A DNA stretch of 64,000 bases from Deferrisomatales bacterium (GTDB lineage: Bacteria > Desulfobacterota > Deferrisomatia > Deferrisomatales > JACRMM01), in the NCBI GenBank assembly GCA_033551855.1, contig JAWSUI010000012.1:1-64000 (forward strand). The letters run 5' to 3'. A model generated the notes under the pieces. The model was not told the origin of the DNA. It was given only the letters and a program-made list of their open reading frames with translations, and did not search any database. Positions 8,674-18,140 of this stretch are shown here, one piece after another. Numbering within the stretch: the stretch's first letter is position 1; the number at the start of each line of letters is the position of its first letter. Made by a program: the position numbers and the translations under genes.

Positions 8674-9716
8674 GGCCCCCCCTCCCCCGTCGCGGCGGAG
8701 GGCGCCGCGAAGCGCACCCCGGATTCCTCCCCCGTCGCGGTCTCCCCCGGAGCGGGAGCCGGCCGCGGGATCTTCTGGAGCGCCCGGCGCGTCACCTCCG
8801 GGAGGCGCGTGTGGGAGAGGTCGCTGGTGTTCACCACGAGCTCCCCCAGCACCCCCAGGGCCGCCAGGTAGAGCACGGCCACGGCGTTCAGGACCATGGC
8901 CGTCAGGAAGAAGTTCGCCTTGCCCGGCGTCCAGTCCCCGGCCGCCGCCGCAACCGAGAGCACGCCGAAGAACCCGGCCAGCGCCGCGAAGGGAATCGCG
9001 CACACGGCAAACCCCTTCAAGGGGGTGGCGGAGAAGCGGATGATCAGGTTCATGGAGAAGATGTCGCTGAAGACCTTGAGGATCCGGTTGAACCCGTACT
9101 TCGACGTGCCGAAGCGGCGCGGGTGGTGCCGGACCGGCAGCTCCGCGACCCGGGCGCCGGTCATGCTGGCCAGGGCCGGGAAGAACCGGTGCATCTCCCC
9201 GTAGGCGTTTACGGACCGGATGCACGCCGTCCGGTAGGCCTTGAGGGAGCAGCCGTAGTCGTGGAGCCGCACGCCGGTGGTGCGGGAGATGAGCCAGTTG
9301 GCGACCCGGGAGGGCAGCACCCGGGAGGTGTGGTCCTTCCGGTCCCGGCGCCACCCGCTGACGATGTCGTACCCCTCGTCGAGCTTGCCCAGCAGGGCCG
9401 GGATGTCGGCGGGGTCGTTCTGGAGGTCGCCGTCCATGGTGACGATGACCTCCCCCCGGGCGTGGTCGAAGCCGGCGACCATGGCGCTCGTCTGGCCGCA
9501 GTTGCGCCGGAAGCGCAGGGCCCGAAGCACCGGGGTGGACGCCTGGAGCCGGCGGACGACCTCCCAGGTGCGGTCGGTGGAGCCGTCGTCCACCAGGAGG
9601 AGCTCGTAGGGAACCCCGAAGGTCGGCGCGGCCTCGAGCACCCCGGCGACGAGCCGCTCCACGGACTCCTCTTCGTTGTAAAGGGGGACGACGATGCTGA
9701 GGACGGGGTCGCTCAT
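8670..9716 (-). CDS. GT2 polyprenol-phosphate glycosyltransferase (ArnC-like)
   Basis: SIVVPLYNEE, VDDGSTD, TMDGDLQNDP, DYGCSLKAYR, GEMHRF. Confidence 0.92.
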   Translation of the reverse strand: MSDPVLSIVVPLYNEEESVERLVAGVLEAAPTFGVPYELLLVDDGSTDRTWEVVRRLQASTPVLRALRFRRNCGQTSAMVAGFDHARGEVIVTMDGDLQNDPADIPALLGKLDEGYDIVSGWRRDRKDHTSRVLPSRVANWLISRTTGVRLHDYGCSLKAYRTACIRSVNAYGEMHRFFPALASMTGARVAELPVRHHPRRFGTSKYGFNRILKVFSDIFSMNLIIRFSATPLKGFAVCAIPFAALAGFFGVLSVAAAAGDWTPGKANFFLTAMVLNAVAVLYLAALGVLGELVVNTSDLSHTRLPEVTRRALQKIPRPAPAPGETATGEESGVRFAAPSAATGEGGP

Positions 9717-10066
9717 CTCCGGAACCCCCGAGGAACCTCTTCCCCGCCGGTTCCGGCGGGAATCCGACCAGACTCGGGCCATCTCGCCGCACCCCCCGGA
9801 AAGGCCCCACGAAGAGCTTCTCTCGGGAAGGCACAGGGGGCACGCGGGCGACTCGCTTCCGAAAACGCTTCGGAACCGGGCACGAGGGGATGTGCGCGAC
9901 GGATGGTCCTCACCGGGCGGCTCCCAGGTAGCGGGCCCTCGAACCGTTGGATGGTCGCGTCGCGCACGATGATCGAGTACGGCTCGTTCAGAGCCTCCTC
10001 GAGGGTCCTCACTGCCTTCTCGAGCACGCTCAGGTGAAGAGCGAGCTCTTCCGCCCGGTCTTCCAT
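9713..10066 (-). pseudogene. Decayed HEPN (HI0074-like) toxin
   Basis: The N-terminus ..IVRDATIQRFE is typical, then similarity breaks. A remnant CAFPREALRGAF survives. No RxxxxH motif. Confidence 0.65.
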
Positions 10067-10479
10067 ATCTCCACGCCCCGTTTCCCCTGCAGCACGAGCT
10101 CCGCAAACCGGCCCGGCACCGCTCCGAAATCGACGAGCTCCACACGGCTCGGGATCGGCAGGTCTTCCAAACTCTCCCGCAACTGCGAGAGCTTCCCGGC
10201 AGGAACGGGGTCCCGGGTGCGGAAACCGATGTCGTAGTCCGACCCCTCCCACCCCCCTCCGGCGCCCCGCGATCCGAAGAGGAAGACGTCGGCGTCGAGG
10301 TCCCGAAAGAATTCGAGGACCAGGAGTCGGATGGCGTCCCTCTCGTGCCGGACGGTCAGCCCGTCCGGCGCAGGCACGCGATAACCCTTCGACTTCCACG
10401 GGCGCCACTCCCTCCGCCGCGAGCGGCGGTCCTTCGCTTCGAGCCGGATCGCCCGTCCGTCTTCGATCACTTCGGCCAT
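10030..10479 (-). CDS. Minimal nucleotidyltransferase (MNT) antitoxin
   Basis: VFLFGSRGAGGGWEGSDYDIG and VELVD motifs; overlaps the HEPN start. Confidence 0.85.
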   Translation of the reverse strand: MAEVIEDGRAIRLEAKDRRSRRREWRPWKSKGYRVPAPDGLTVRHERDAIRLLVLEFFRDLDADVFLFGSRGAGGGWEGSDYDIGFRTRDPVPAGKLSQLRESLEDLPIPSRVELVDFGAVPGRFAELVLQGKRGVEIWKTGRKSSLFT

Positions 10480-10514
10480 GCCGCGCCTTTCGGAGTTGGG
10501 CTCCGCCAAACAGT

Positions 10515-11903
10515 CTACTCCAAGCCCGCCTCCCGAATCTTGTACAGGAGCGCCTTGTAGCTGATGTCGAGCAGGCTCGAGGCCCGTCTCCGGTTCCAGC
10601 GGGTCTTCTCCAGCACCACCGCCAGGACTTCGCGCTCGGCCTGACGCGCCGCCTCCTTGGCGACGTCCTTGAGGGTCATGCCTTCGTAGTCGCTCATGTC
10701 CGCGGGGGCCTCGGCCGCCCGGGCCTCGGCGGCGGTCCTCCGCTGGACCAGGCGCAGCTCGCGCCGTACCCCGTCGGCGTCGCCGGCGACGACGAGGCGC
10801 TTCATGTAGTTCTCGAGCTCCCGGATGTTGCCGGGCCAGTGGTGGTTCTGCAGGCCCCGGAGCAGATCCTCCGGTACCTGCGCGTCGGGCCGCCGGTACT
10901 GCTCGCGGTACTTGTGCAGGAAGTGCTCCACCAGGTGGGGGATCTCTTCGGCGCGCTCCCGCAGGGGCGGGATGTGAATGCTCACCACGTTGAGGCGGTA
11001 GAAGAGGTCGCTGCGAAACCGCTTCTCCCGGATCTCGTCCTCGATGGTCCGGTTCGAGGCGGCGATGATCCGCACGTCCACGGGCACGGGCTCCTTGCCC
11101 CCCACCCGGCAGAACTCGGCGTCCTGGAGGACGTGGAGGAGCTTGGCCTGCAGGTCCACGTGCATCTCGGTGATCTCGTCGAGGAACACCGTGCCGCCGT
11201 TGGCGTACTCGAACCTTCCCTGCTTGGTCCGGTGCGCCCCGGTGAACGCCCCCTGCTCGTAGCCGAAGAGCTCGCTCTCGAGGAGGTCGCGGGGAAGCGC
11301 AGCGCAGTTGACCTTGACGAACCGCCCGTTCCGGCGCCGGGAGCACTCCCAGATGGTGCGCGCGAAGAGGTCCTTGCCGGTGCCGCTCTCGCCCCGGAGC
11401 AGGACGGTGATGTCGGTGTCGGCGATCTGGTCCACGATCGCCTGCACGTCGCGCATCCGCCGACTGCGCCCGAAGAGGAGCTGGTAGGGGGAACCCCGCT
11501 GCACCTCGAGGCGCAGGCGCCGCACCTCGCGCTCCAGGGACAGGCGGTCCTCGGCGCGCCGCAGGCTGAGCCAGAACTCCTCGGGGTTGAAGGGCTTCTC
11601 GAGGAAGTCCAGGGCCCCCAGCCGCATGCACTCGACCACCGCCGAGAGGTTCTTCCGGCCCGAGACCATCAGCACCCGGGTCTCGAGCCCCGCGGTGGAG
11701 GCCTCGGCGAGGAGCGTTCGGCCGTCCATGTCGGGCAGGTACAGGTCGATGAAGGCCACGTCGGGGCGCAGGGTCTTCAACGACGCCAACCCGGCCCGGC
11801 CCGTGTCCTCGTGGTGCACCGCGTACCCGTTTTCCCGAAAGTACCGGCTCAGGTGGTCTGCGGTGTAGCCGTCCCCCTCTACGACGAGAATCGACGTCTG
11901 CAT
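10515..11903 (-). CDS. Sigma54-dependent response regulator (NtrC/AtoC family)
   Basis: REC domain, GESGTGKD, GAFTGA, WPGNIRELEN, Fis-type HTH. Confidence 0.95.
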   Translation of the reverse strand: MQTSILVVEGDGYTADHLSRYFRENGYAVHHEDTGRAGLASLKTLRPDVAFIDLYLPDMDGRTLLAEASTAGLETRVLMVSGRKNLSAVVECMRLGALDFLEKPFNPEEFWLSLRRAEDRLSLEREVRRLRLEVQRGSPYQLLFGRSRRMRDVQAIVDQIADTDITVLLRGESGTGKDLFARTIWECSRRRNGRFVKVNCAALPRDLLESELFGYEQGAFTGAHRTKQGRFEYANGGTVFLDEITEMHVDLQAKLLHVLQDAEFCRVGGKEPVPVDVRIIAASNRTIEDEIREKRFRSDLFYRLNVVSIHIPPLRERAEEIPHLVEHFLHKYREQYRRPDAQVPEDLLRGLQNHHWPGNIRELENYMKRLVVAGDADGVRRELRLVQRRTAAEARAAEAPADMSDYEGMTLKDVAKEAARQAEREVLAVVLEKTRWNRRRASSLLDISYKALLYKIREAGLE

Positions 11904-11960
11904 GGGCCCCTTCTTGCCTGCTGCGGTGTGGAGACGCCATCCTACGAGAACCGGTGAGCT

Positions 11961-11976
11961 AGCAAGGGCCGTGCCG
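11961..11976 (-). promoter_or_regulatory. Sigma54 promoter
   Basis: Minus strand CGGCACGGCCCTTGCT matches TGGCAC-N5-TTGCW, ~58 nt upstream of the ATG. Confidence 0.7.
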
Positions 11977-12123
11977 CACCCGGGGCAGGCAGGAAAGAGG
12001 ATCATCCGCAAAACGGCCGCGTGGGCCCGCCCACTCCGGCGGACGATGCCGGACGCTCCGACGCTTGCGGGCCCTCGGGTCCTCCGGAACACCCCAAGGG
12101 ACCAGGGGACCCAGCGGGGACAC

Positions 12124-12188
12124 GGTCTTCGAGCGGCCGTCCGCCTGCGCCGTCGGGCCCACCCGGCCGCCCTCGGGTGCGGCAGCCG
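12124..12188. repeat. Dispersed ~65-bp intergenic repeat (second copy 49841-49906)
   Basis: TCGAGCGGCCGTCC.CCTGCGCCGTCGG.CCC.CCCGGCCGCCCTCGGGTGCGGCA is shared. Confidence 0.85.
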
Positions 12189-12290
12189 TCAGTGCCCGAA
12201 AGAGCCGGTTTTCCCTCCCCTTCAAGGGGAGGGAAAGGGTGGGGATGGGTCGCCGTAAGGGGGGAGGAGCAAAGAAGGAGACGGGGGGTG

Positions 12291-12308
12291 TGGGTAACGT
12301 CTTGCCCA
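12291..12308. promoter_or_regulatory. Palindromic putative activator site
   Basis: TGGGTAACGTCTTGCCCA, with a weaker adjacent copy at ~12311-12328. Confidence 0.45.
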
Positions 12309-12451
12309 CCAGGGAATAAAATGACCCATGTTTCCCCCCCTGTTGCTTTCCCATCGCGCCAGCCTGCGCATCCATTCCCTTCAAGGGGAGCGCATCCACC
12401 CCACCCTCACCCCAGCCCTGTCCCTGAGGGAGAGGGGGCTCTTGGGGTTGC

Positions 12452-12472
12452 GGTGGGCGGTGCCCACCCTAC
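12452..12472. repeat. GTAG-type REP (single, inverted)
   Basis: GGTGGGCGGTGCCCACCCTAC; same family as 37181 and 40166. Confidence 0.85.
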
Positions 12473-12490
12473 GGGCTGTGAAACAGGCCG

Positions 12491-13630
12491 TCACAGGCTC
12501 TCGGGTCGGAGGAGGAGCCAGGAGCCCACGGCGAACCTGCCGGTGGCGGCGTGCCGCAGGCTCACCAGGACGCGGTTCCGGCGGAGGGTGAGGGGTTCCC
12601 CTCCGGCCCCGACGACCCGGCCGGAGGCCGGGTCGAAGTGGGCCTCACGCCGCCCGAGCTCGCTCACGAAGAGGCTCAGGCTGTCGGGCACGTACGCTCC
12701 GGGATCGCGGACCACGGCGGTGAAACGGGGAGGGTCTTCGGCGTCGAGGGCCCCCGGGGCCGGCTCCGGGGCCTCGAGGGCCAGGGGAAGATACCCCATC
12801 CTCTCGATGAAGACGGGCATCTCCGCCAAGGTTCCCACCACGGCGAACCGGGGCAGGCACAAGGGGTCGTGGGACCGCCCCAGGGCCCCGGTGTCCTGGG
12901 AGAAACCCAGGGTGAAGCCCGCCTCCCGCGCCTCGCGCAGGACCTCGGCGCCGTACTCCCCGTAGGGGTACGCCACCCACGCGGCGGGAAAGCCCTGCCG
13001 GGCGAGGCGGCGGGCCCCCTCCCGGAGCTCCTCCCGGATCCTTTGGAGATAGGCCGGCGGCGCCTCCCCGGGCTCGGGGGTGCCGAGGGCCAGGTGGCGG
13101 TGCCCGTGGGCCCCGATGCTCGCCCCGGCCCCGGCCATCTCCCGGACCATCTCCCAGGTGACGTAGTCCGGGTACTGCCCGTCCACGGCCTCGGTGGGGA
13201 GGAGCACGGTGAACGGGAGCCCCCGCTCCCGCAGAAGCGGGAAGGCGTTGTCGTAGACGCTCCGGAAGCCGTCGTCGAAGTGGATGGCCACGGCCCGATC
13301 CGGGAGCCCCTGCCCCCGCAGCAGAAACCCCTCGATCGCCTCCGTGGGGACGACCGTGAAGCCGTTCTCCGCCAGCCAGTCCAGTTGGGCCCGGAAGGCT
13401 TCCGTCGAGACGTTCGTCGAGGGGTAGCGGGGGTCCCCCACCCGGTGGTAGAGGAGGACCCGGGCGTGGGGGGGCTCGGCCGGCAGTGCCGGGGACCCGA
13501 ACGCCAGGAGCGCGCCGAGGAGGAGAAGGAAGCGGGAAGCTAGAAGCTTGAAGCTAGAAGATTGAAGCCTCAAGCCTTCAGCCTCCAGCTTCCCCGTCTC
13601 AAGCTTCCCAGCCTCCAGCTTCCAGCCCAC
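12491..13630 (-). CDS. Polysaccharide deacetylase (NodB/CE4), secreted; start uncertain
   Basis: LLYHRV, HFDDGFRS, GAHGHRH, AYPYGE, LPRF. The GTG overlaps the upstream TAG; an alternative TTG lies near 13573. Confidence 0.85.
   Translation of the reverse strand: MGWKLEAGKLETGKLEAEGLRLQSSSFKLLASRFLLLLGALLAFGSPALPAEPPHARVLLYHRVGDPRYPSTNVSTEAFRAQLDWLAENGFTVVPTEAIEGFLLRGQGLPDRAVAIHFDDGFRSVYDNAFPLLRERGLPFTVLLPTEAVDGQYPDYVTWEMVREMAGAGASIGAHGHRHLALGTPEPGEAPPAYLQRIREELREGARRLARQGFPAAWVAYPYGEYGAEVLREAREAGFTLGFSQDTGALGRSHDPLCLPRFAVVGTLAEMPVFIERMGYLPLALEAPEPAPGALDAEDPPRFTAVVRDPGAYVPDSLSLFVSELGRREAHFDPASGRVVGAGGEPLTLRRNRVLVSLRHAATGRFAVGSWLLLRPESL
13536..13628. repeat. Inverted heptamer (GAAGCTG/CAGCTTC-type) repeat hairpin
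   Basis: GAAGCTAGAAGCTTGAAGCTAGAAG faces CTCCAGCTTC..CTCCAGCTTCCAGC. Confidence 0.8.
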
Positions 13631-14937
13631 TAGCGCTGCCTGTGGAAGAGCGGCGAGACCAGGTAGACCAGGGAGCCGACGAAGACGATCCCGAGGGGAA
13701 GAAAGTAGTCGTCGCGGCGCACCCCCTGGGCCAGGAGGACGAGGAAGAACGCCAGGAAGAGGACCCGGCCGGCCTTCGGGACCCGGGGGAGCACCGTGCG
13801 GCCGAAGTGGGGGTACGGGAGCCTCGAGACCATGGCGACGGAGGTGGCGGCCACGAGGACCCCCTTCCAGAGCTCCGGGCCCACGAGAAGGCACGCGGTG
13901 CCGGCCATGAGCGCCGCCGCGGGGGAAGGCAGCCCGGCGAAGGCCGAAACCCCCCCGGGGATCCCGGCCTTGCGCTTTTCCCGGACGAACCGGATCAGCC
14001 GGTAGACGGTGGCCCCCAGGTGCAGCAGCCCCAGGGCGGCCCCCACCCAGAGCTCCCGGAAGGAGACGGCAACGATCAACCCTACCGTGGCGCCGAAGCT
14101 CGTGCCGTCGGCCACGTCGTCGAAGACCTCCCCCTTGGGGGTCGACCCCCACCGCTCCGCAGCCCGTCCGTCGAAGAGGTCCAGGAACTGCCCGAGGAAC
14201 ACGAGCCCGAAGGCGTACACGGGAGGGCCGCCGGAGAGGATCACCCCGATCCCCGCCAGGCCGCAGGTGAGGTTGAGCAGGCTGAGGATGTTGGCGTACC
14301 AGTAGTTGGGGATGACCCGGAACGCCATGGAGCAGAAGGCCAGGCCCGTGCAGAAGGCCAGGAGGGGCCGGATGGTGCGGGACAGGGGCAGGAGGTGCGC
14401 CGCGGGGCCGTAGATCCAGACGACGGCCGTGATGGAGAGCAGCACCACCACCAGGAAGGTCTTGGCCTTCCCGAAGAGGTTGGCGGCCTTCCTGGGGATG
14501 AAGCGCCGGGAGAACTGGCCGGTGAAGTCGAAGACGAGGAAGAGGCCCACCAGCCAGGGCGTCAGGAGCCCCTGCCAGGCGAAGTAGAGCAGGACCGGCG
14601 TGTACATGAGCTTGTCGGAGAGGGGGTCGATGGTCTCCCCGCGCTCCGTCGAGAGGCCGCAGCGCCGCGCGATGTCGCCGTCGGTGATGTCGGTGATCAT
14701 CCAGAAGGCGAAGAACAGGAAGGCGAGCTTCGGCCACCCCAGGTGCATCACCGCCACGGCGACGAACCCCATGGGGTAGCGCAGGCGGCTGATGGAATTG
14801 GGCCACAGGATGGAGTGGCTCCGGACCCACGCCACCTGGGCGGGTGTCCGCAGGAACCGGTACACGGCAAACCGCTCTGCGGCCAGCAGGACGAGGACGG
14901 GCAGGACGATCTCGAGCAGGATGGGCAGATAGGCCAC
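13630..14937 (-). CDS. Tandem two-domain CDP-alcohol phosphatidyltransferase
   Basis: Two motifs: DITDGDIARR..GETIDPLSD and DLFDGRAAER..GEVFDDVAD; also GLPSPAAA (PssA-like). Confidence 0.88.
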   Translation of the reverse strand: MAYLPILLEIVLPVLVLLAAERFAVYRFLRTPAQVAWVRSHSILWPNSISRLRYPMGFVAVAVMHLGWPKLAFLFFAFWMITDITDGDIARRCGLSTERGETIDPLSDKLMYTPVLLYFAWQGLLTPWLVGLFLVFDFTGQFSRRFIPRKAANLFGKAKTFLVVVLLSITAVVWIYGPAAHLLPLSRTIRPLLAFCTGLAFCSMAFRVIPNYWYANILSLLNLTCGLAGIGVILSGGPPVYAFGLVFLGQFLDLFDGRAAERWGSTPKGEVFDDVADGTSFGATVGLIVAVSFRELWVGAALGLLHLGATVYRLIRFVREKRKAGIPGGVSAFAGLPSPAAALMAGTACLLVGPELWKGVLVAATSVAMVSRLPYPHFGRTVLPRVPKAGRVLFLAFFLVLLAQGVRRDDYFLPLGIVFVGSLVYLVSPLFHRQR

Positions 14938-15052
14938 GGGGCGCTCCCCGGATCGCGAGGGACGGGCCCGCAGGGTAGCAGAACGGGAAAGGGGTCGCTA
15001 GCGGACGAACCCCAGAACGGTGCGTCGTGACCGGTCGTCGGATCTCCGCACG

Positions 15053-15232
15053 TCGAACCTCGAACAGCCCTTCACCTCGAACAGCCCTTCACCTCGAACA
15101 GCCCTTCACCTCGAACAGCCCTTCACCTCGAACATTGAACAGCCCCTAACCTCGAACCGGACGTGTGACTCGGCACGCGTCCTGGACTCGGTCTTCCGTC
15201 CTCCGTCTTCCGTCCTCCGTCCGCGGTCCTCT
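15053..15232. repeat. 17-bp tandem (GAACAGCCCTTCACCTC x4-5) plus heptamer tract (TCCGTCC/TCCGTCT)
   Basis: Read directly; a composite of the same kind lies at 36035-36101. Confidence 0.9.
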
Positions 15233-15245
15233 GTGCGGTCCGGCG

Positions 15246-17273
15246 TCAAAGCACCCGGGTCCAGGAGGCGACGGGCCGCTCCAGGTCGATGTCCCCGGGC
15301 GTCGCGTAGGCCACGACCCGGTTGCGGCCTTGGGCCTTTGCCAGGTACAGGGCCCGGTCCGCCCTCTGGACGAGGGACTTCAAGTCCTGGGCGTCCTCGG
15401 GGAGGCCCGCCACGCCGAGGGAGATGGTGAGACGCCCGAGGGGCAGGGCCTCCTCCCCCGGGAAGTACAGGCCCTCGATCTCCTTCCGGATCCTCTCCGC
15501 GATCTCCAGCGCCCCGTCTACGGGGGTCTCCGGAAGGATGACCGCAAACTCCTCCCCCCCGAACCGGCTCACCACGTCGATGGCGCGGATGCTCGCCCGC
15601 AGGGCCCGCCCGGCGAGAACCAGCGCCCGGTCCCCGGCGGGGTGACCGTTGGCGTCGTTGTAGACCTTGAAGTAGTCGATGTCGAGCAGGACCAGGGAGA
15701 GGGAGTGGCCGTGCCGGATGGCGCGCTCGGCCTCCTCGGTCAGGCGCTCCTGGAAGTACCGCCGGTTGAGAAGCCCGGTGAGGGGGTCGGTGATGGAGAT
15801 CTTGCGCAGCTCCACGCTCTGGGCGTAGTAGGTGGAGCGCTCCATGGCGATGGTGGCCTGGGCCGCCATGGCCTGGAGCAGGTGGAGGTCCCGCTCGGAG
15901 AAGGGCTCGCCGCCCTTCTTGTCTGCGAGGTTCAGGACTCCCGCCGTGCGCCCTTCGAGCACGATGGGGAGCGACAGGAAGCTCTTGGTCGCGTACCGGG
16001 CGCGGTTGCGGCGGTGGAACCGGCCGTCCTTCTCCAGGTTGCCCACGACCACCGGCTTCCCGGTAGCGAACACCTGGCCCGCGATCCCCCGCCCCGAGGT
16101 CACCCGGAGCTTCTCCACGATCCGATCGTGAAGGCCGCTGACCGACCGGATCCGGAGCTCCCCCGTGCCGTTGACCGCGAGCATCAGGCTGCCCTTATGG
16201 GCCCCCGTGATCCGGCGCGCCTCGTCCAGGATGGCGTCGAAGACGTCTTCGGGCGCGAGGCACGTGAGGAACCGGGTGCTGGTCTCCTGGAGCGTCTGGA
16301 ACTCCACGCCCTTGGCCCCGAGCTCCTCCCGGAGCCGGCGGTTCTCCAGCGCCACGGAGAGCTGGCCGGCGAACCCGCGGATGAGCTGCTCCTCCTCCGG
16401 CGCGAGCTCGGCGTTCAAGAGCGCGACGAGGCCCAGGAGCGTTTCGCCGGTGGCCAGAGGGATCAGGCAGAGGGAGTCCACGGGTTCCGGCACGCCCAGG
16501 CGGCCGAGCTCCTGGGGGTCCTCGATCCGAACGGCCCCGCCCGGCTCCCCGAGACGCTCCCGGAGGCGTCCGGCGGGAGCGGGTGTCCAGGCACCGAGCG
16601 CCCGCTCCGTCCCCCCCATGGAGGAGTGCAGGCGGTAGGTCTCGCCCCCCGGGTCGCAGAGGTACAGCGCGGCGTCCTCCACCTCGAAGAGGACTCCGAG
16701 GGCGTTGAGGCCCAGGGCCAGCACCTCGTGCGGCGAGAGGGCGTGGCCCAGGTCTCCGGCCAGGTCGAAGAGCCCGGTCACCTGGGCGTGCCGCCGCTGG
16801 TAGTCTTCCCGCTGCCGGAACCCCTCGACCGCCGCCTGCAGGGTCCACTGGGCGAGGCGGGCCAGGGACAGCAGCTCCGCCGGCGTGCGCTCCGGGGCTT
16901 CGGAATCCCCCGACACCCCCCTGCCCACCAGGAGCAGCGACGGCGGGTCCTCGGAGGCGTGACGGCCCACGGGGGCCCCGATGACCAGACTGCCCGCGGG
17001 GCACCGAAAGAGCAGCGGTTCTCGGCTCGGGCCGAAATGGGCCGCGAGCTTTCGATAGAACGCCAGGCACCGGACCCGGTCGATCCCCGCCAGGTCCGCG
17101 CAGGGGGGCCGGGCCCCCTCCCCCGCCGGCACGAGCTCTCCCCGGGGGTCCAGGAGTGCCAGGGCCAGCCCCGACAACCCTTCGAAGCGCTCCCGGAACC
17201 CCTCCCAGAGGGCGTCCGGGAGCACGCGGCCCCAATCCCCGGAATGCTTGGCTTCCGACGCGTGCTGTGTCAC
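15246..17273 (-). CDS. Diguanylate cyclase with PocR-like and GAF domains
   Basis: TDPLTGLLNRR, DIDYFK.YND..GH, RxxD I-site, SRFGGEEF; start uncertain. Confidence 0.92.
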   Translation of the reverse strand: MTQHASEAKHSGDWGRVLPDALWEGFRERFEGLSGLALALLDPRGELVPAGEGARPPCADLAGIDRVRCLAFYRKLAAHFGPSREPLLFRCPAGSLVIGAPVGRHASEDPPSLLLVGRGVSGDSEAPERTPAELLSLARLAQWTLQAAVEGFRQREDYQRRHAQVTGLFDLAGDLGHALSPHEVLALGLNALGVLFEVEDAALYLCDPGGETYRLHSSMGGTERALGAWTPAPAGRLRERLGEPGGAVRIEDPQELGRLGVPEPVDSLCLIPLATGETLLGLVALLNAELAPEEEQLIRGFAGQLSVALENRRLREELGAKGVEFQTLQETSTRFLTCLAPEDVFDAILDEARRITGAHKGSLMLAVNGTGELRIRSVSGLHDRIVEKLRVTSGRGIAGQVFATGKPVVVGNLEKDGRFHRRNRARYATKSFLSLPIVLEGRTAGVLNLADKKGGEPFSERDLHLLQAMAAQATIAMERSTYYAQSVELRKISITDPLTGLLNRRYFQERLTEEAERAIRHGHSLSLVLLDIDYFKVYNDANGHPAGDRALVLAGRALRASIRAIDVVSRFGGEEFAVILPETPVDGALEIAERIRKEIEGLYFPGEEALPLGRLTISLGVAGLPEDAQDLKSLVQRADRALYLAKAQGRNRVVAYATPGDIDLERPVASWTRVL

Positions 17274-17465
17274 GTGACGTTCCCCCCGGGCGGCGCTTTC
17301 GCGCGGTAGTCCCCCCACACCCTCTCCCACCCGTCCGGCCCTGCCGCCGCGTTCCGACGCGGGAGTCCGGCCGGGCTTGGCCCCGGGGCGCCGCACTGGT
17401 AACGTACTGTGGTGGGGCGCGACCCGGGCCCGGGGCGTCCCGGCACCTCTGCGCCGGAGGCAGGC

Positions 17466-18140
17466 ATGAGGATCCTGGTGGTCGAAGACGAAGAAAAGGT
17501 CGCGTCGTTCATTCGCAAAGGCCTGGAGGAAGAGCACTACGCCGTGGACGTCTCGTCCGACGGCGAGGAGGGCCTCTCGCTGGCCCAGGTCAACCCCTAT
17601 GATCTTATCGTCCTGGACCTCATGTTACCCAAGCTCGACGGCTTCAAGTTCCTGAGCCTGCTCCGGGAGGAGGGCATCCACACCCCGGTGCTGATCCTCA
17701 CGGCCCGAGACCGCCTGGACGACAAGGTGCGGGGGCTCGACCTCGGCGCCGACGACTATCTTACCAAGCCTTTCGCGTTTTCCGAGCTCTTGGCCAGGGT
17801 GCGCGCCCTGCTGCGGCGCGGCAAGCCCAGCCGATCCCCTACGCTCTCCCTGGCGGACCTGACCCTCGACCCCGCCTCCCGCCGGGTGACCCGGGGCGGC
17901 CAGGTGATCGAGCTGACCGCGAAGGAGTACTCCCTGCTGGAGTACTTCCTGCGGCACCCGGGGCAGGTGCTGACGCGGACGATGATCTCGGAGCACGTCT
18001 GGGACCAGTCCTTCGACTCCTACACCAACGTGATCGACGTGTACGTGAACTACCTGCGGAAGAAGATCGACCAGGGCTTCGACCCGAAGCTCCTCCACAC
18101 GGTGCGCGGCGTCGGGTACGTTCTGCGAGAGGAACCGTGA
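17466..18140 (+). CDS. OmpR-family response regulator (CusR/CzcR-like)
   Basis: MRILVVEDE, DLMLP, GADDYLTKPF, TVRGVGY. Confidence 0.95.
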   Translation: MRILVVEDEEKVASFIRKGLEEEHYAVDVSSDGEEGLSLAQVNPYDLIVLDLMLPKLDGFKFLSLLREEGIHTPVLILTARDRLDDKVRGLDLGADDYLTKPFAFSELLARVRALLRRGKPSRSPTLSLADLTLDPASRRVTRGGQVIELTAKEYSLLEYFLRHPGQVLTRTMISEHVWDQSFDSYTNVIDVYVNYLRKKIDQGFDPKLLHTVRGVGYVLREEP

